DNA of 64,000 nucleotides from an uncultured Gemmatimonadaceae bacterium (GCA_963817955.1 CAWFQK010000002.1:128001-192000), one strand, 5' to 3'. Positions 7,695-16,868 are shown, counted from the first letter of the stretch. The notes: generated by a model not told the origin, from the sequence alone. Translations and numbers: made by a program.

Positions 7695-8978
7695 ATGGAG
7701 ATACTCGTCGCGCGCCAACCGGTGTTCGATCGACAGGAGCAGCTCTACGGCTACGACCTGGTACTTCGGCGCCCAGGCCAGGGCGCTGGGCAACCACTCC
7801 CGGAACAGTTGGTCGCCGATGCCTTTCTCGGCATCGGTATCGATCAGGTCGCGGCCGGACACCGGGCCATCATCACCGTCGATCGAGACATGTTGGTGAG
7901 TGGCGCCGTGCGCCTCCTGCCTGCTGAACGGGTCGTGCTGCAGGTTGCTGGCCGGCCCGGGATTGACGACCAACTACTCCAGGCTTGCGACCAGCTCGTG
8001 TGGAGCGGCTACCGTTTCTCCATTGCGACCGATAGACCAGAAGAGTTGTCGGAGGAATTGCTGCGGCTGGCCGAGATCGTGAAAGTGGACGTCCCCGCCA
8101 CGGATGCGACCATGCTCCCCGACCTCGCGGCGTGGCTCCGGAGCTTCGAGGTGCGACTGCTCGGAGTCCATGTGGGCCACCGCGTCGAACGGGACAGGTG
8201 CACCGGCCTCGGTTTCGAGCTGTTCGAGGGCTATCGCTTCGCGGCTCCGGAGATGCTCGCACGCCGCGACCTCCCGGTCGAGCACATTCTCACCTTTCGG
8301 CTCCTCAAGATGGTGCGCGATCCGCAGACGTCGGACGCTGAAATCGAGGGAGTGTTGCGCCGCGATGTGGCTTTGTCCTACAAGCTCCTGCGCATGGTCA
8401 ACTCGGCTGCGGTCGGCGGGCGAGACATCTGGTCGATCGGGCACGCACTGCGCCTGCTCGGTCGCGAGCAGGTATCCAGGTGGCTCGGCCTCCTGCTGGT
8501 GACGGACGGTGCGCACGATGGAGTACGGGCAGAGCTCATGCACCTGGCGCTGGTTCGCGCACGCATGTGCGAGCTCCTGGCCGAAGCCTCGGGCATCCCG
8601 CGCGCGCGCGGTCCGCTCTTCCTCGTCGGCATGCTGTCGCTGCTCGATCAGTTGCTCGAGACACCAATGAAGCTGCTGGTGGATTCCATGGAACTGGCGC
8701 CGGACGTGCGCGTCGCACTGCTGCACCGGCAGGACTACTACGGCTCGGTGCTCGGTCTGGTGGAGGCATACGAACAAGGGTGGTGGGACCACGTGGACTC
8801 CCTCGCCGCGTCCGTGGGGGTCGTTCCGGTGGTCCTCGCGCCGTTGTACCTCGACGCGATCACCTGGGCGACGGCACACATCCCGCGCTCGACCGAGAAC
8901 GCACCGACTCGCCCGCATGCGGCGCCCGCCGCGCCTGTCGCGCGCGCCGGCGGGAGTCGGATTCTACGCCGCGGCTAG
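7695..8978 (+). CDS. EAL-HDOD domain signalling protein (YuxH/PdeH-like), degenerate EAL
   Basis: VARQPVFD..LYGYDLVLR N-terminus; DVALSYKLLRMVNSA, RARMCELLA, LFLVGMLSLLD HDOD motifs. Confidence 0.88.
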   Translation: MEILVARQPVFDRQEQLYGYDLVLRRPGQGAGQPLPEQLVADAFLGIGIDQVAAGHRAIITVDRDMLVSGAVRLLPAERVVLQVAGRPGIDDQLLQACDQLVWSGYRFSIATDRPEELSEELLRLAEIVKVDVPATDATMLPDLAAWLRSFEVRLLGVHVGHRVERDRCTGLGFELFEGYRFAAPEMLARRDLPVEHILTFRLLKMVRDPQTSDAEIEGVLRRDVALSYKLLRMVNSAAVGGRDIWSIGHALRLLGREQVSRWLGLLLVTDGAHDGVRAELMHLALVRARMCELLAEASGIPRARGPLFLVGMLSLLDQLLETPMKLLVDSMELAPDVRVALLHRQDYYGSVLGLVEAYEQGWWDHVDSLAASVGVVPVVLAPLYLDAITWATAHIPRSTENAPTRPHAAPAAPVARAGGSRILRRG

Positions 8979-9063
8979 CCGGCCCTCGAACCATCTAGCG
9001 AGTTGCACTGTCGAAGACAGCGTCAGGCAGCTATCGTCGCACACACACTATCAACGTGGTGCG

Positions 9064-10128
9064 ATGATGAGACGCCTACTCGCCGCAATTCTGTCGTGCG
9101 GCGTGGCCGCGGCTGGCCACGCCCAGAGCTTTCGGGGCAACGACTATATCGCCAAGAACTTCAAGTTCGAGAGCGGAGAAACGCTTCCCGAGCTACGCCT
9201 GCACTACATCACCCTCGGCCAGCCGCGGAAGGACGCGGCCGGCGTGGTGCGCAACGCCGTGATCGTGGTGCATGGCACCACCGGTTCCGGCAACGCATTC
9301 ACCAGCCGGACGTTCGCCGGGGAGTTGTTCGGCCCCGGACAGATCCTGGATACGGCGAAATATTTCGTCGTCCTTCCCGACGCGATCGGACATGGCAAGT
9401 CGAGTAAGCCAAGCGATGGCATGCATGCGCATTTTCCCAAGTACACGTACACCGACATGGTGGACGCGCAGCACGAACTGCTCACGAAAGGCCTGGGGGT
9501 CAACCACCTGCGACTCGCGATGGGCACGTCGATGGGCTGCATGCACGCGTGGGTGTGGGGCGAACGGTATCCGAGTTTCGTGGATGGCCTCGTGCCGCTT
9601 GCCTGTGCGCCGACTCAGATCGCCGGCCGAAACCGTATGATCCGCACGATGCTCATGGACTTCATTCGCAACGATCCCGGGTACGCTGCGGGCGACTACA
9701 CGTCGCAGCCGGCGGGACTCCGTCCGGCAATGGGGATGTTGTTCCTCATGACGTCAGCGCCGAAAGTGCAGAACCGTCAGGCGCCGACACGCGACAAGGC
9801 AGATTCGGTCATCCGGGCGTATCTCGACCAGGCCGTGCGCACCCATGACGCCAACGACGTCGTGTACGCCTTCGATGCCTCGCGCAACTACGACCCGTCC
9901 ACAGACCTCGAGAAGATCACAGCGCACGTGCTGGCAATCAATTCAGCCGACGACTTCGTCAATCCGCCGGAACTCGGGTTCATGGAGCAGCTCATGCCGC
10001 GCGTGAAGCACGGGCAGTATGTTCTGCTTCCGATCACGGAGCAGACCCGAGGACACGGCACGCATTCGCTCCCGGCGGTCTGGAAGAATCATCTCGCCGA
10101 ATTCCTTCAATCGTTGCCCCAGCAGTAA
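9064..10128 (+). CDS. secreted alpha/beta hydrolase, homoserine acetyltransferase-like fold
   Basis: Signal peptide; GTSMGCMH nucleophile elbow; INSADD; GHGTH. Confidence 0.85.
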   Translation: MMRRLLAAILSCGVAAAGHAQSFRGNDYIAKNFKFESGETLPELRLHYITLGQPRKDAAGVVRNAVIVVHGTTGSGNAFTSRTFAGELFGPGQILDTAKYFVVLPDAIGHGKSSKPSDGMHAHFPKYTYTDMVDAQHELLTKGLGVNHLRLAMGTSMGCMHAWVWGERYPSFVDGLVPLACAPTQIAGRNRMIRTMLMDFIRNDPGYAAGDYTSQPAGLRPAMGMLFLMTSAPKVQNRQAPTRDKADSVIRAYLDQAVRTHDANDVVYAFDASRNYDPSTDLEKITAHVLAINSADDFVNPPELGFMEQLMPRVKHGQYVLLPITEQTRGHGTHSLPAVWKNHLAEFLQSLPQQ

Positions 10129-10146
10129 GACCTTTCACGGCATCTC

Positions 10147-11076
10147 ATGCGCTCTTTCCGCCACGCCGTTCTCTGCGCCTCGCTCGCGGCCCCTGCCCTG
10201 CTTGGGGCGCAGTCCTCCACCTATGCGCCATTCGTGCTGACGATCCCGGCGAGTGTGCGTGCGCTCTCGATGGGCAACGTCGGTGTCGTCAGTCGTGACG
10301 ATGACGTGCTGTTCTACAATCCCGCGCAGCTTGCGATCGCACGCGGAATGAGCATGTCGGCGGAGCGGTTCTCACCGACGACCCTCACCGGCGCCCTGTC
10401 GTCGGTCACACGCCTCGCAACGGGCGGGATCGCCGTTGGCGCCATCGTCGCGGACTTCGCTGCGCCACCAGGCTATCCGGTCGACCGCAGTACCGTGTTC
10501 AGCACCGGTCCGGCCCATGGCACGAGCACGGGCCTGGTGGTGGGAGCGGCGCAAGTGATCAAGAATTTTCGGATAGGCGCCGCGGCGAAGTACGTTGAAG
10601 ACCGCGTCGACACCGTTCGCAACGGCCGGGCGGCGTTCGACCTGGGACTCGGCCGAGACTTCTTCGGCTACTCGTTCGGACTGGCCGTGCAGAATATCGG
10701 ATCGTCGTACACCCCGCCGCAACCGATTCCCTCGTTCGGGACGCCAATACCGCTGTCGAACGTTCGCATGCCGCTGCGCACGACATTCGGCGTTGGCCAC
10801 AGCACGTCAGCGGGACCGTTCGACATCGCGGCCACGGCCGCGGCATCGCTGATTCGTGTCGACTTCTTCAGTCCCGCCGCCGGGGCCGAGATCGGATACA
10901 GTTGGCTCGATGGCTACAACATCCTGCTGCGCGCTGGCGTCCGCCGCCCCGCGCCGGGAGAAGGCTCGATCACCGCGGGCGCCGGTTTCGTCATGGATCG
11001 CTTGTCGATCGATTACGCGATCGAGGCGGCCACGGGGTCACACATCGCACACCGACTCGGCTTTCGTATTCGCTAA
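10147..11076 (+). CDS. PorV/PorQ-like (FadL-superfamily) outer-membrane beta-barrel
   Basis: Signal peptide; SVRALSMGN and LFYNPAQLA plug motifs; amphipathic strands; C-terminal LGFRIR. Confidence 0.7.
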   Translation: MRSFRHAVLCASLAAPALLGAQSSTYAPFVLTIPASVRALSMGNVGVVSRDDDVLFYNPAQLAIARGMSMSAERFSPTTLTGALSSVTRLATGGIAVGAIVADFAAPPGYPVDRSTVFSTGPAHGTSTGLVVGAAQVIKNFRIGAAAKYVEDRVDTVRNGRAAFDLGLGRDFFGYSFGLAVQNIGSSYTPPQPIPSFGTPIPLSNVRMPLRTTFGVGHSTSAGPFDIAATAAASLIRVDFFSPAAGAEIGYSWLDGYNILLRAGVRRPAPGEGSITAGAGFVMDRLSIDYAIEAATGSHIAHRLGFRIR

Positions 11077-13022
11077 TGTCTGCTCATACTCCCATGCGAC
11101 GTCTTTCATTCGCTGCCATCGCCGTCGTCCTCGCCGGCGCCTGTACGCAGGCGCTCAAGTTGACGAAGGACGACTCCCCAACTGTCCTGTCGCACCAGCT
11201 CATCACCGCGTCCAATCCCGGCGAACCGGGCAGCTATGCGGTGAAGATGCTGTACTACGGCAGCGGCACCGACAAGCGACGCGCCGAGTTCCGTGACTCC
11301 GTCACGATCAAGACCAAGGCGGTCGATGTGTCGCCGTTCGTGTCGGCGGAGCCTGCCATGGCCAAGGCCCGCGAGAAGGACTGGGGGTTCGGCCTGAAAC
11401 AATCGCCGATCAACGGCCGGGTGTGGTATCCGGTAGGAGAGGGACCGTTCCCGCTCGTGTTGATCGTGCACGGCAATCACAACCCCCTGGACTACTCCGA
11501 TCCGGGCTATCGCTACCTGGGCGAACTGCTGGCGTCACGCGGCTTCATATTGGCGTCCGTTGATGAAAACTTCATCAATGGCAACCTGCGTGGCGAGAGC
11601 GACGGCCGGGCCTGGCTGCTTCTCAAGCATCTCCAGGACTGGAAGCGGTGGAACGATAGCGTCGGCAGCCCATTCTACCACAAGGTGGACATGAGCAACA
11701 TCGCGCTCATGGGACATTCGCGCGGCGGCGAGGCGGTCGGCATTGCCGCGGCCTTCAACCGGCTGAGCCACTACCCCGACGATGCGAACGTGAAGTTCAA
11801 CTTCAACTTTGCCATCAAGTCGGTGTTCGCGATTGCACCGGTGGACGGGCAGTACAAGCCAGCGGGGGTGTGGACGCCAATCGAGAACGTGAACTACATG
11901 GTGATCCACGGCTCGCACGACGGCGACGTCTCGTCGTTCAACGGACTGCGGACCTTTCAGCGGATCAGGTTCACCGACGGCAAGCCGTGGTTCAAGACGG
12001 CCTGGTACGTGTACCGCGCCAATCACGGACAGTGGAATACCGTATGGGGCAATACGGACGGCGGACCGCGGAGCGGCCGGTATCTCGACCTGCGCGGCCT
12101 CATCACGCCGGACGAACAGCGCCAGTTCAGCAAGGTCGTGATCAGCGCATTTCTCGAGGCGACGCTGCACGGCAAGGCCGAGTACTTGCCAATGTTCCGC
12201 GACCATCGGGTGGCCGGGGCGTGGCTGCCGAAGACCATGTACATCACCCGCTTTCAGGAAGCCGGATTCAAGCCGCTCGCCACATTCGACGAAGACGTGG
12301 ACGTCACCACCGGCTCCGTGCCAGGCGTGACGATCAGTGGCGACAGTCTCGCAACCTGGAAGGAAAACGCGCTCACCCTGCGCAGCGGCCAGAATGATCC
12401 GATCAACACCAACGCGGTCACACTCGGCTGGAACAATCACATTCGCGGCGACGACACCACCAAGATCGGGAAGCCGGCGTCGTACACGATTGCGCTGAGC
12501 GACTCACTCGTCACCGCATTGAACGTCAGCCGGGCATCGTCGATCTACCTGTCGCTCGCGCCGACCGATGCGAAACCCGGACCGCGCGCTCCGGCGCGGG
12601 ATACGACGAAGAAGGACAGTACGGCCAAGGACGCGAAAGCGAAGCCGCCGGCCAAGAAGCCGGATGCGAAGGCGGGGAAGGACTCGACACCGGTCGATCT
12701 CACCGTCGAGGTGACTGACGCCGGTGGCCACGTCGCACGCCTGCCGCTCAGCCGATTCGGTGTGCCGCGGCGCCCGCTCGAGATACATATCCTCCGGCGG
12801 CGCGACGAGGAACAGCAGCGATTCCCGACGCAATTCGAGATGGTATTGCAGACATATGTAATGCCTTTGACCGACTTCGAGCGAGCAGCGCCTGGTTTCG
12901 ATGCAGCGCACCTCCGCTCGATCCGGCTCGTCTTCGACCGGCTCGTGGCGGGCACCGTGGTGGTCGACGACGTCGGTATCTCGTCGTCTACGGCACCTTT
13001 TGTCGCAGTCAGCGAGCCCTGA
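11076..13022 (+). CDS. alpha/beta hydrolase lipoprotein (chlorophyllase/lipase-like) with C-terminal beta domain
   Basis: Lipobox LAGAC; PFPLVLIVHGNH, GHSRGGEA, HDGDV, ANHGQWN; start may be 11094. Confidence 0.82.
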   Translation: MSAHTPMRRLSFAAIAVVLAGACTQALKLTKDDSPTVLSHQLITASNPGEPGSYAVKMLYYGSGTDKRRAEFRDSVTIKTKAVDVSPFVSAEPAMAKAREKDWGFGLKQSPINGRVWYPVGEGPFPLVLIVHGNHNPLDYSDPGYRYLGELLASRGFILASVDENFINGNLRGESDGRAWLLLKHLQDWKRWNDSVGSPFYHKVDMSNIALMGHSRGGEAVGIAAAFNRLSHYPDDANVKFNFNFAIKSVFAIAPVDGQYKPAGVWTPIENVNYMVIHGSHDGDVSSFNGLRTFQRIRFTDGKPWFKTAWYVYRANHGQWNTVWGNTDGGPRSGRYLDLRGLITPDEQRQFSKVVISAFLEATLHGKAEYLPMFRDHRVAGAWLPKTMYITRFQEAGFKPLATFDEDVDVTTGSVPGVTISGDSLATWKENALTLRSGQNDPINTNAVTLGWNNHIRGDDTTKIGKPASYTIALSDSLVTALNVSRASSIYLSLAPTDAKPGPRAPARDTTKKDSTAKDAKAKPPAKKPDAKAGKDSTPVDLTVEVTDAGGHVARLPLSRFGVPRRPLEIHILRRRDEEQQRFPTQFEMVLQTYVMPLTDFERAAPGFDAAHLRSIRLVFDRLVAGTVVVDDVGISSSTAPFVAVSEP

Positions 13023-13445
13023 TCAGCGAGCCCTGATCGGCGCCGCGCCGATCAGGGCTCGCACGCGGTTCAACAAGACGTCCGCTGTAAACGGCTTGGG
13101 AAGAATGACATCGGGATCGTTCAACGTGCTGCGAATCGCTTCCTCATCCATATATCCGGAGATGAGGAGGAGCGGCGATCCTGGTTGGACGCGGCGGAAA
13201 TGCGCTGCCAGCTCGATGCCATTCATGCGCGGCATCTTGATGTCGCTGATCAGCAGATCGACCGGCTCCGGCAACTGGCGCAACGCCTCGAGCGCATCCA
13301 CACCGTCGCATCCTTCGAACACCCGATAGCCGGCTTGGACGAGGATGCGCGCGGTGAGCTCACGTACGCCTTCGTTGTCATCCACGATGAGTATCGTGTT
13401 GCCGGTAGGCGACCGCATGACGGGCCCGTCGATAGCAAACGGCAT
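13023..13445 (-). CDS. single-domain response regulator (receiver)
   Basis: ILIVDDN, LLISDIKMPRMNG, ISG, LPKPF motifs. Confidence 0.9.
   Translation of the reverse strand: MPFAIDGPVMRSPTGNTILIVDDNEGVRELTARILVQAGYRVFEGCDGVDALEALRQLPEPVDLLISDIKMPRMNGIELAAHFRRVQPGSPLLLISGYMDEEAIRSTLNDPDVILPKPFTADVLLNRVRALIGAAPIRAR
13026..13062. terminator. perfect 17-bp hairpin at a convergent gene junction
   Basis: GCGAGCCCTGATCGGCG-CCG-CGCCGATCAGGGCTCGC; no U-tract. Confidence 0.5.
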
Positions 13446-13680
13446 CACTGTCGCTCCCCGCAATGGTTCAGCTCGAAAAAAATGAAGTCTTCGTTCGCGC
13501 CAGTGGCACTCCGCACGCTCTCATAGAGAAGGAACGGCGCGTTGAGGTCGGGTTCACGATGGTGTGACGAAATCGGCACGCGGAAGATACGGGACTGCAC
13601 AGCTTGTCGCTACGAGAAGAAGCAATATACGTTCGTCCATATGCCCGCGTCGCGCGTCGGTTCGGGGGAGGTGTGGGCGC

Positions 13681-15411
13681 GTGTTGACTCACGGTACGAT
13701 TGCACTGTTCGCGATCGCCCAGCTACAGATGCCGGCCGTTGGCGCCCCTGCCCCGTCACCTACCATGACGCCGGCGGATTCGGACAGGATCGTACGCTCC
13801 GTGAGGTCGGCGCAATCCGATTTCGAATCCTTCCGGCGCATGCGCCTTCCTGTCGGCGACGGCGCCATCGACCGTTGCGACATGCGGATCGGGCGGTACT
13901 GCTACTGGCGCGGCGACGATGAAGACGATGTAGACGATGATGCGCCCCCGCCCGAAGCGCCTGCCATTCGCGAGCGGCGCGATGCGCTGATCCGAACGCT
14001 CGATATCAGTTCGCGCGCACTGTCGGGAGACGCTTGGATCGCCGGGCAATACGTACGGTATCTCGTGGAGGCCGAGCGGTTCGACGACGCACTGCGTTAT
14101 GCCCGTACCACATGTGCGGCGGGCCAGAGCTGGTGTGCCGCGCTCGCAGGATATGCCGCGCATCGCGGCGGTCTGTTCGCCGTGGCCGATTCCGCCTATT
14201 CGTCCGCGCTGCACGCAATGTCGGACGCCGAGCGGTGCCGCTGGCTCGACATGCGTGACCTGTTCGATGACGAACTGGCAAATCGATTTGCGCAACTCGA
14301 CTGCGCGCACCGAATCGTGTTTGCCACGCGTGTGTTGAGGCTCGGCGCGCCTCTCTACGCGGTGAGTGCGACCGATTTGCTCACCGAACACCTGTCGCGG
14401 GTGGTGCGTGCTCACATCGCCGAACGTGCCGCGACGCCAGATGGCGAGGCCTGGGCTGATGACGAGCGCGAAGTCATGCTGCGTTACGGCTGGCCACGTT
14501 GGTATTCGCGAACGCAGCCGGACTTCGGATCGCAGATTCGCCCGTCGATCACTGGCCACGATGCCGGGCGTGCGTACGACTTCTTGCCGACGCTGCCGGT
14601 TGTCGATCACCTGGGAAGCGCAGGGCCGCAAGACTGGCACCTGGACGATCCACGAGCCACGACCGGATACGCGCCGGCGTACGCGCACACGATCCACGAG
14701 TTGCCGCATCAGATCGCCCGGTTCAGGCGCGGCGATTCAATCATCGTCGCAGCCGCCTGGGATGCGCGCCAGGACACGACGATGCTCGGCCACAGCATCG
14801 ATGCGGCGCTGGTGGTTGTCGGCGCCGACGCGACGTCCGCCGCGATCGCGCGACGGACGACCAGCGAGCCTCGTGGAAGAATCGCCGTCGCCGCGCCCAT
14901 CGACTCCGGGTTGGTGAGCTTGGAGCTCCTCGCGCCGCAGGACCGCCGCGCCGCCCGAGCGCGTCTCGGCATTCCACCGCGTACGACCGGCCGCGTCTCA
15001 ATCTCCGATTTACTACTGTACTCATGGACTCCTGGCCCGCCCGCAACGCTGACCCGCGTGTGCGACAGCATGCTGGCGACCGACGCCGTGCCGCTCACGC
15101 GTCCACTCGGCGTGTACTGGGAGACGTATGGATTGCGTTCGCCCGGCGCCCCCGTACAGTTCGCCGTGACAGTGGAGGAAACCGATGTCGGCTGGATACG
15201 GCGCGCTGCCGAGCGGCTACGGCTTGCCGATCCATCGAGAGGCCTGCGCATCCAATGGGAGGAAGTACCGCAGCAGATCGAAGGCATCGCAGCTCGAGGC
15301 ATCCGGATCGACCTGTCACGACTTCGTCACGGCCGCTACACGCTGCAGGTGAGCGCGACTGCCCCAGGGGAACCGACCGTCGTGTCCACGCGGCAGATCG
15401 AAGTACCGTGA
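13681..15411 (+). CDS. Cys-rich exported hypothetical protein, possibly GWxTD-related
   Basis: Long ORF with gene-like codon use; CDMRIGRYCYW, helical repeat region, EVMLRYGWP, C-terminal ISDLLL...VYWETYGL...GRYTLQV Ig-like domain; start uncertain. Confidence 0.65.
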   Translation: MLTHGTIALFAIAQLQMPAVGAPAPSPTMTPADSDRIVRSVRSAQSDFESFRRMRLPVGDGAIDRCDMRIGRYCYWRGDDEDDVDDDAPPPEAPAIRERRDALIRTLDISSRALSGDAWIAGQYVRYLVEAERFDDALRYARTTCAAGQSWCAALAGYAAHRGGLFAVADSAYSSALHAMSDAERCRWLDMRDLFDDELANRFAQLDCAHRIVFATRVLRLGAPLYAVSATDLLTEHLSRVVRAHIAERAATPDGEAWADDEREVMLRYGWPRWYSRTQPDFGSQIRPSITGHDAGRAYDFLPTLPVVDHLGSAGPQDWHLDDPRATTGYAPAYAHTIHELPHQIARFRRGDSIIVAAAWDARQDTTMLGHSIDAALVVVGADATSAAIARRTTSEPRGRIAVAAPIDSGLVSLELLAPQDRRAARARLGIPPRTTGRVSISDLLLYSWTPGPPATLTRVCDSMLATDAVPLTRPLGVYWETYGLRSPGAPVQFAVTVEETDVGWIRRAAERLRLADPSRGLRIQWEEVPQQIEGIAARGIRIDLSRLRHGRYTLQVSATAPGEPTVVSTRQIEVP

Positions 15412-15632
15412 TCTGCTCGCAGTGCGCGCCGTAGTCGCACGAGAAGCCGGCAGCGCCGGAAACGGAACGCAGCAGATCGGACCACCGCCACGTAATTCCA
15501 TTTGGTGACCTGGGATCTCGAACAATCTTCGAGCCATGAGATTTCCGGCACACCTGTCGTCCGCGACGACATGACGCGTTCGCCACTGCACGACCCTGTC
15601 GCGCGTTGGTCTCCCCTTAGCTTCCTTCTCTC

Positions 15633-16148
15633 ATGGGCACCAATTTAATGCAGCCCTCCGCCACTGTTGCCCGGCCCGTCGAACGTTCGATGACTGCCGT
15701 ACGCAACATCGTGCGCGCCCTGCGCATCAACACGCGCGCGATCGAACTACAGATGGGGATCAGCCTGGCGCAGCTCTTCGTGCTTCAACAGCTCGCCGAG
15801 CGCCCTGCCGACTCGCTGAACGAGCTCGCCGAGCGCACCGCCACGCATCAGAGCTCTGTGTCCGTGGTTGTGCGCCGGTTAGTGGAGCGCGGTTACGTGT
15901 CGCGCACGGCCGCGGCCGCTGACAAGCGGCGCATCGAGATTGCCGTGACGCCGACCGGACGCGAACTGCTCGCCGGCGCGCCGACGACGATCCAGACACA
16001 GCTCGTCATGGGAATGGAAATCCTGGCACTGGACGATCAGCGGACCCTCGCCGACCTGCTGGAACAGTGGTTGCGCGCTTCCAATATCGATGTCACGGCT
16101 CCGCAGATGTTCGGAGAAGACGAGGGGGCGAACGGCGGAGCAGCGTAG
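15633..16148 (+). CDS. MarR family transcriptional regulator
   Basis: ISLAQLFVL...LNELAE...SSVSVVVRRLVERGYV...DKRR...TPTGR winged HTH. Confidence 0.93.
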   Translation: MGTNLMQPSATVARPVERSMTAVRNIVRALRINTRAIELQMGISLAQLFVLQQLAERPADSLNELAERTATHQSSVSVVVRRLVERGYVSRTAAAADKRRIEIAVTPTGRELLAGAPTTIQTQLVMGMEILALDDQRTLADLLEQWLRASNIDVTAPQMFGEDEGANGGAA

Positions 16149-16203
16149 GGTTGCTTTGACGCACCCTGTGCTATAGGAACAATCGTTCCACTCCGCGAGG
16201 ATG

Positions 16204-16377
16204 TCAGCTGCCCACGATTTCGAGTAGGCCGTCGTCGACCTTCGAGAGTTCCTCATCCGACACTCTCGCCAGTCGACGGCCGATTCGCTCCGTGGCCAGC
16301 GTCCGATGGGCGGATCGTGATCCACGAGTCGGATCACGATCCGCCCATCGGATTTCGCCTCTCAGTATTCTGGCCAC
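16204..16377 (-). pseudogene. internally deleted MazF/PemK-family toxin
   Basis: VARILRGEIRWAD.DPTRG N-terminus fused in frame to RTLATERIGRRLARVSDEELSKVDDGLLEIVG C-terminus; RP-V-L catalytic core absent. Confidence 0.75.
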
Positions 16378-16522
16378 GAGCCTGCGTCGGTAGAGAATCC
16401 CTCTTCGGCAAGCGCTTTTTCCGCGCGCGGATCCAGCTTCGACGCCTCCCGAGCGAGCCACGTGCGAGCGAGGCGCGCGAGCTTTTCTGCTACGGCAGCC
16501 TCGAGGGCATGCGCATCACTTC
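16362..16522 (-). pseudogene. N-terminally truncated RHH/CopG-type antitoxin
   Basis: ALEAAVAEKLARLARTWLAREASKLDPRAEKALAEEG...WPEY; overlaps the toxin start as in TA operons; RHH N-terminus missing. Confidence 0.7.
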
Positions 16523-16548
16523 GAGGGCCGGAACAGCTTTTGAACGGT

Positions 16549-16813
16549 AGAGGTCGCAGAGAACTGCAGGAGAACTGCAGAGAACTGCAAATGAGAACTG
16601 CAAAAAGAAAACTGTAAGCGTACGGAAGAGGGAAGCGCGTATCGGTGGAATGAACCGTGATTGCCGAGTCCACAATCATTCCGCCGATATCGCTGATGAT
16701 CCCGACCTGGGCGATACCATCGGCGCGTCACGACGGCATCATCATCCAAGACTTCCAGGCGAGACAATCCTTCACGGTCCTCTGCAGTTCTCTTGCAGTT
16801 CTCTGCGACCTCT
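16549..16813. mobile_element. ~265-bp element with 20-bp terminal inverted repeats and internal GAGAACTGCA repeats; GxxExxY-like remnant inside
   Basis: AGAGGTCGCAGAGAACTGCA (16549-16568) / TGCAGTTCTCTGCGACCTCT (16794-16813); minus-strand fragment ISDIGGMIVDSAITVHST. Confidence 0.55.
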
Positions 16814-16840
16814 GCGTTAAAAGCTGGTCTGTCGGTCGCA

Positions 16841-16868
16841 GAGATCCTTCGCTTCGCTCAGGATGACA
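16841..16868. repeat. REP-like palindrome (TGTCATCCTGAGCGAAGCGAAGGATCTC on minus)
   Basis: ATCCT/AGGAT stem around TCGCTTCGCTC; resembles a widespread extragenic palindrome family, recognised from memory. Confidence 0.6.

Noticed and set aside
13445..13600. 51-aa minus-strand ORF coupled by TGATG to the receiver gene
   Set aside because: GTG start with no RBS, atypical composition and no recognisable motif
16549..16620. GAGAACTGCA repeats as a CRISPR array
   Set aside because: Units are 10 bp with 0-3 bp gaps, with no spacers and no cas genes
16362..16679. 105-aa ORF as a real gene
   Set aside because: It is a chance read-through of the GxxExxY-like remnant, repeat-derived sequence and the antitoxin C-terminus
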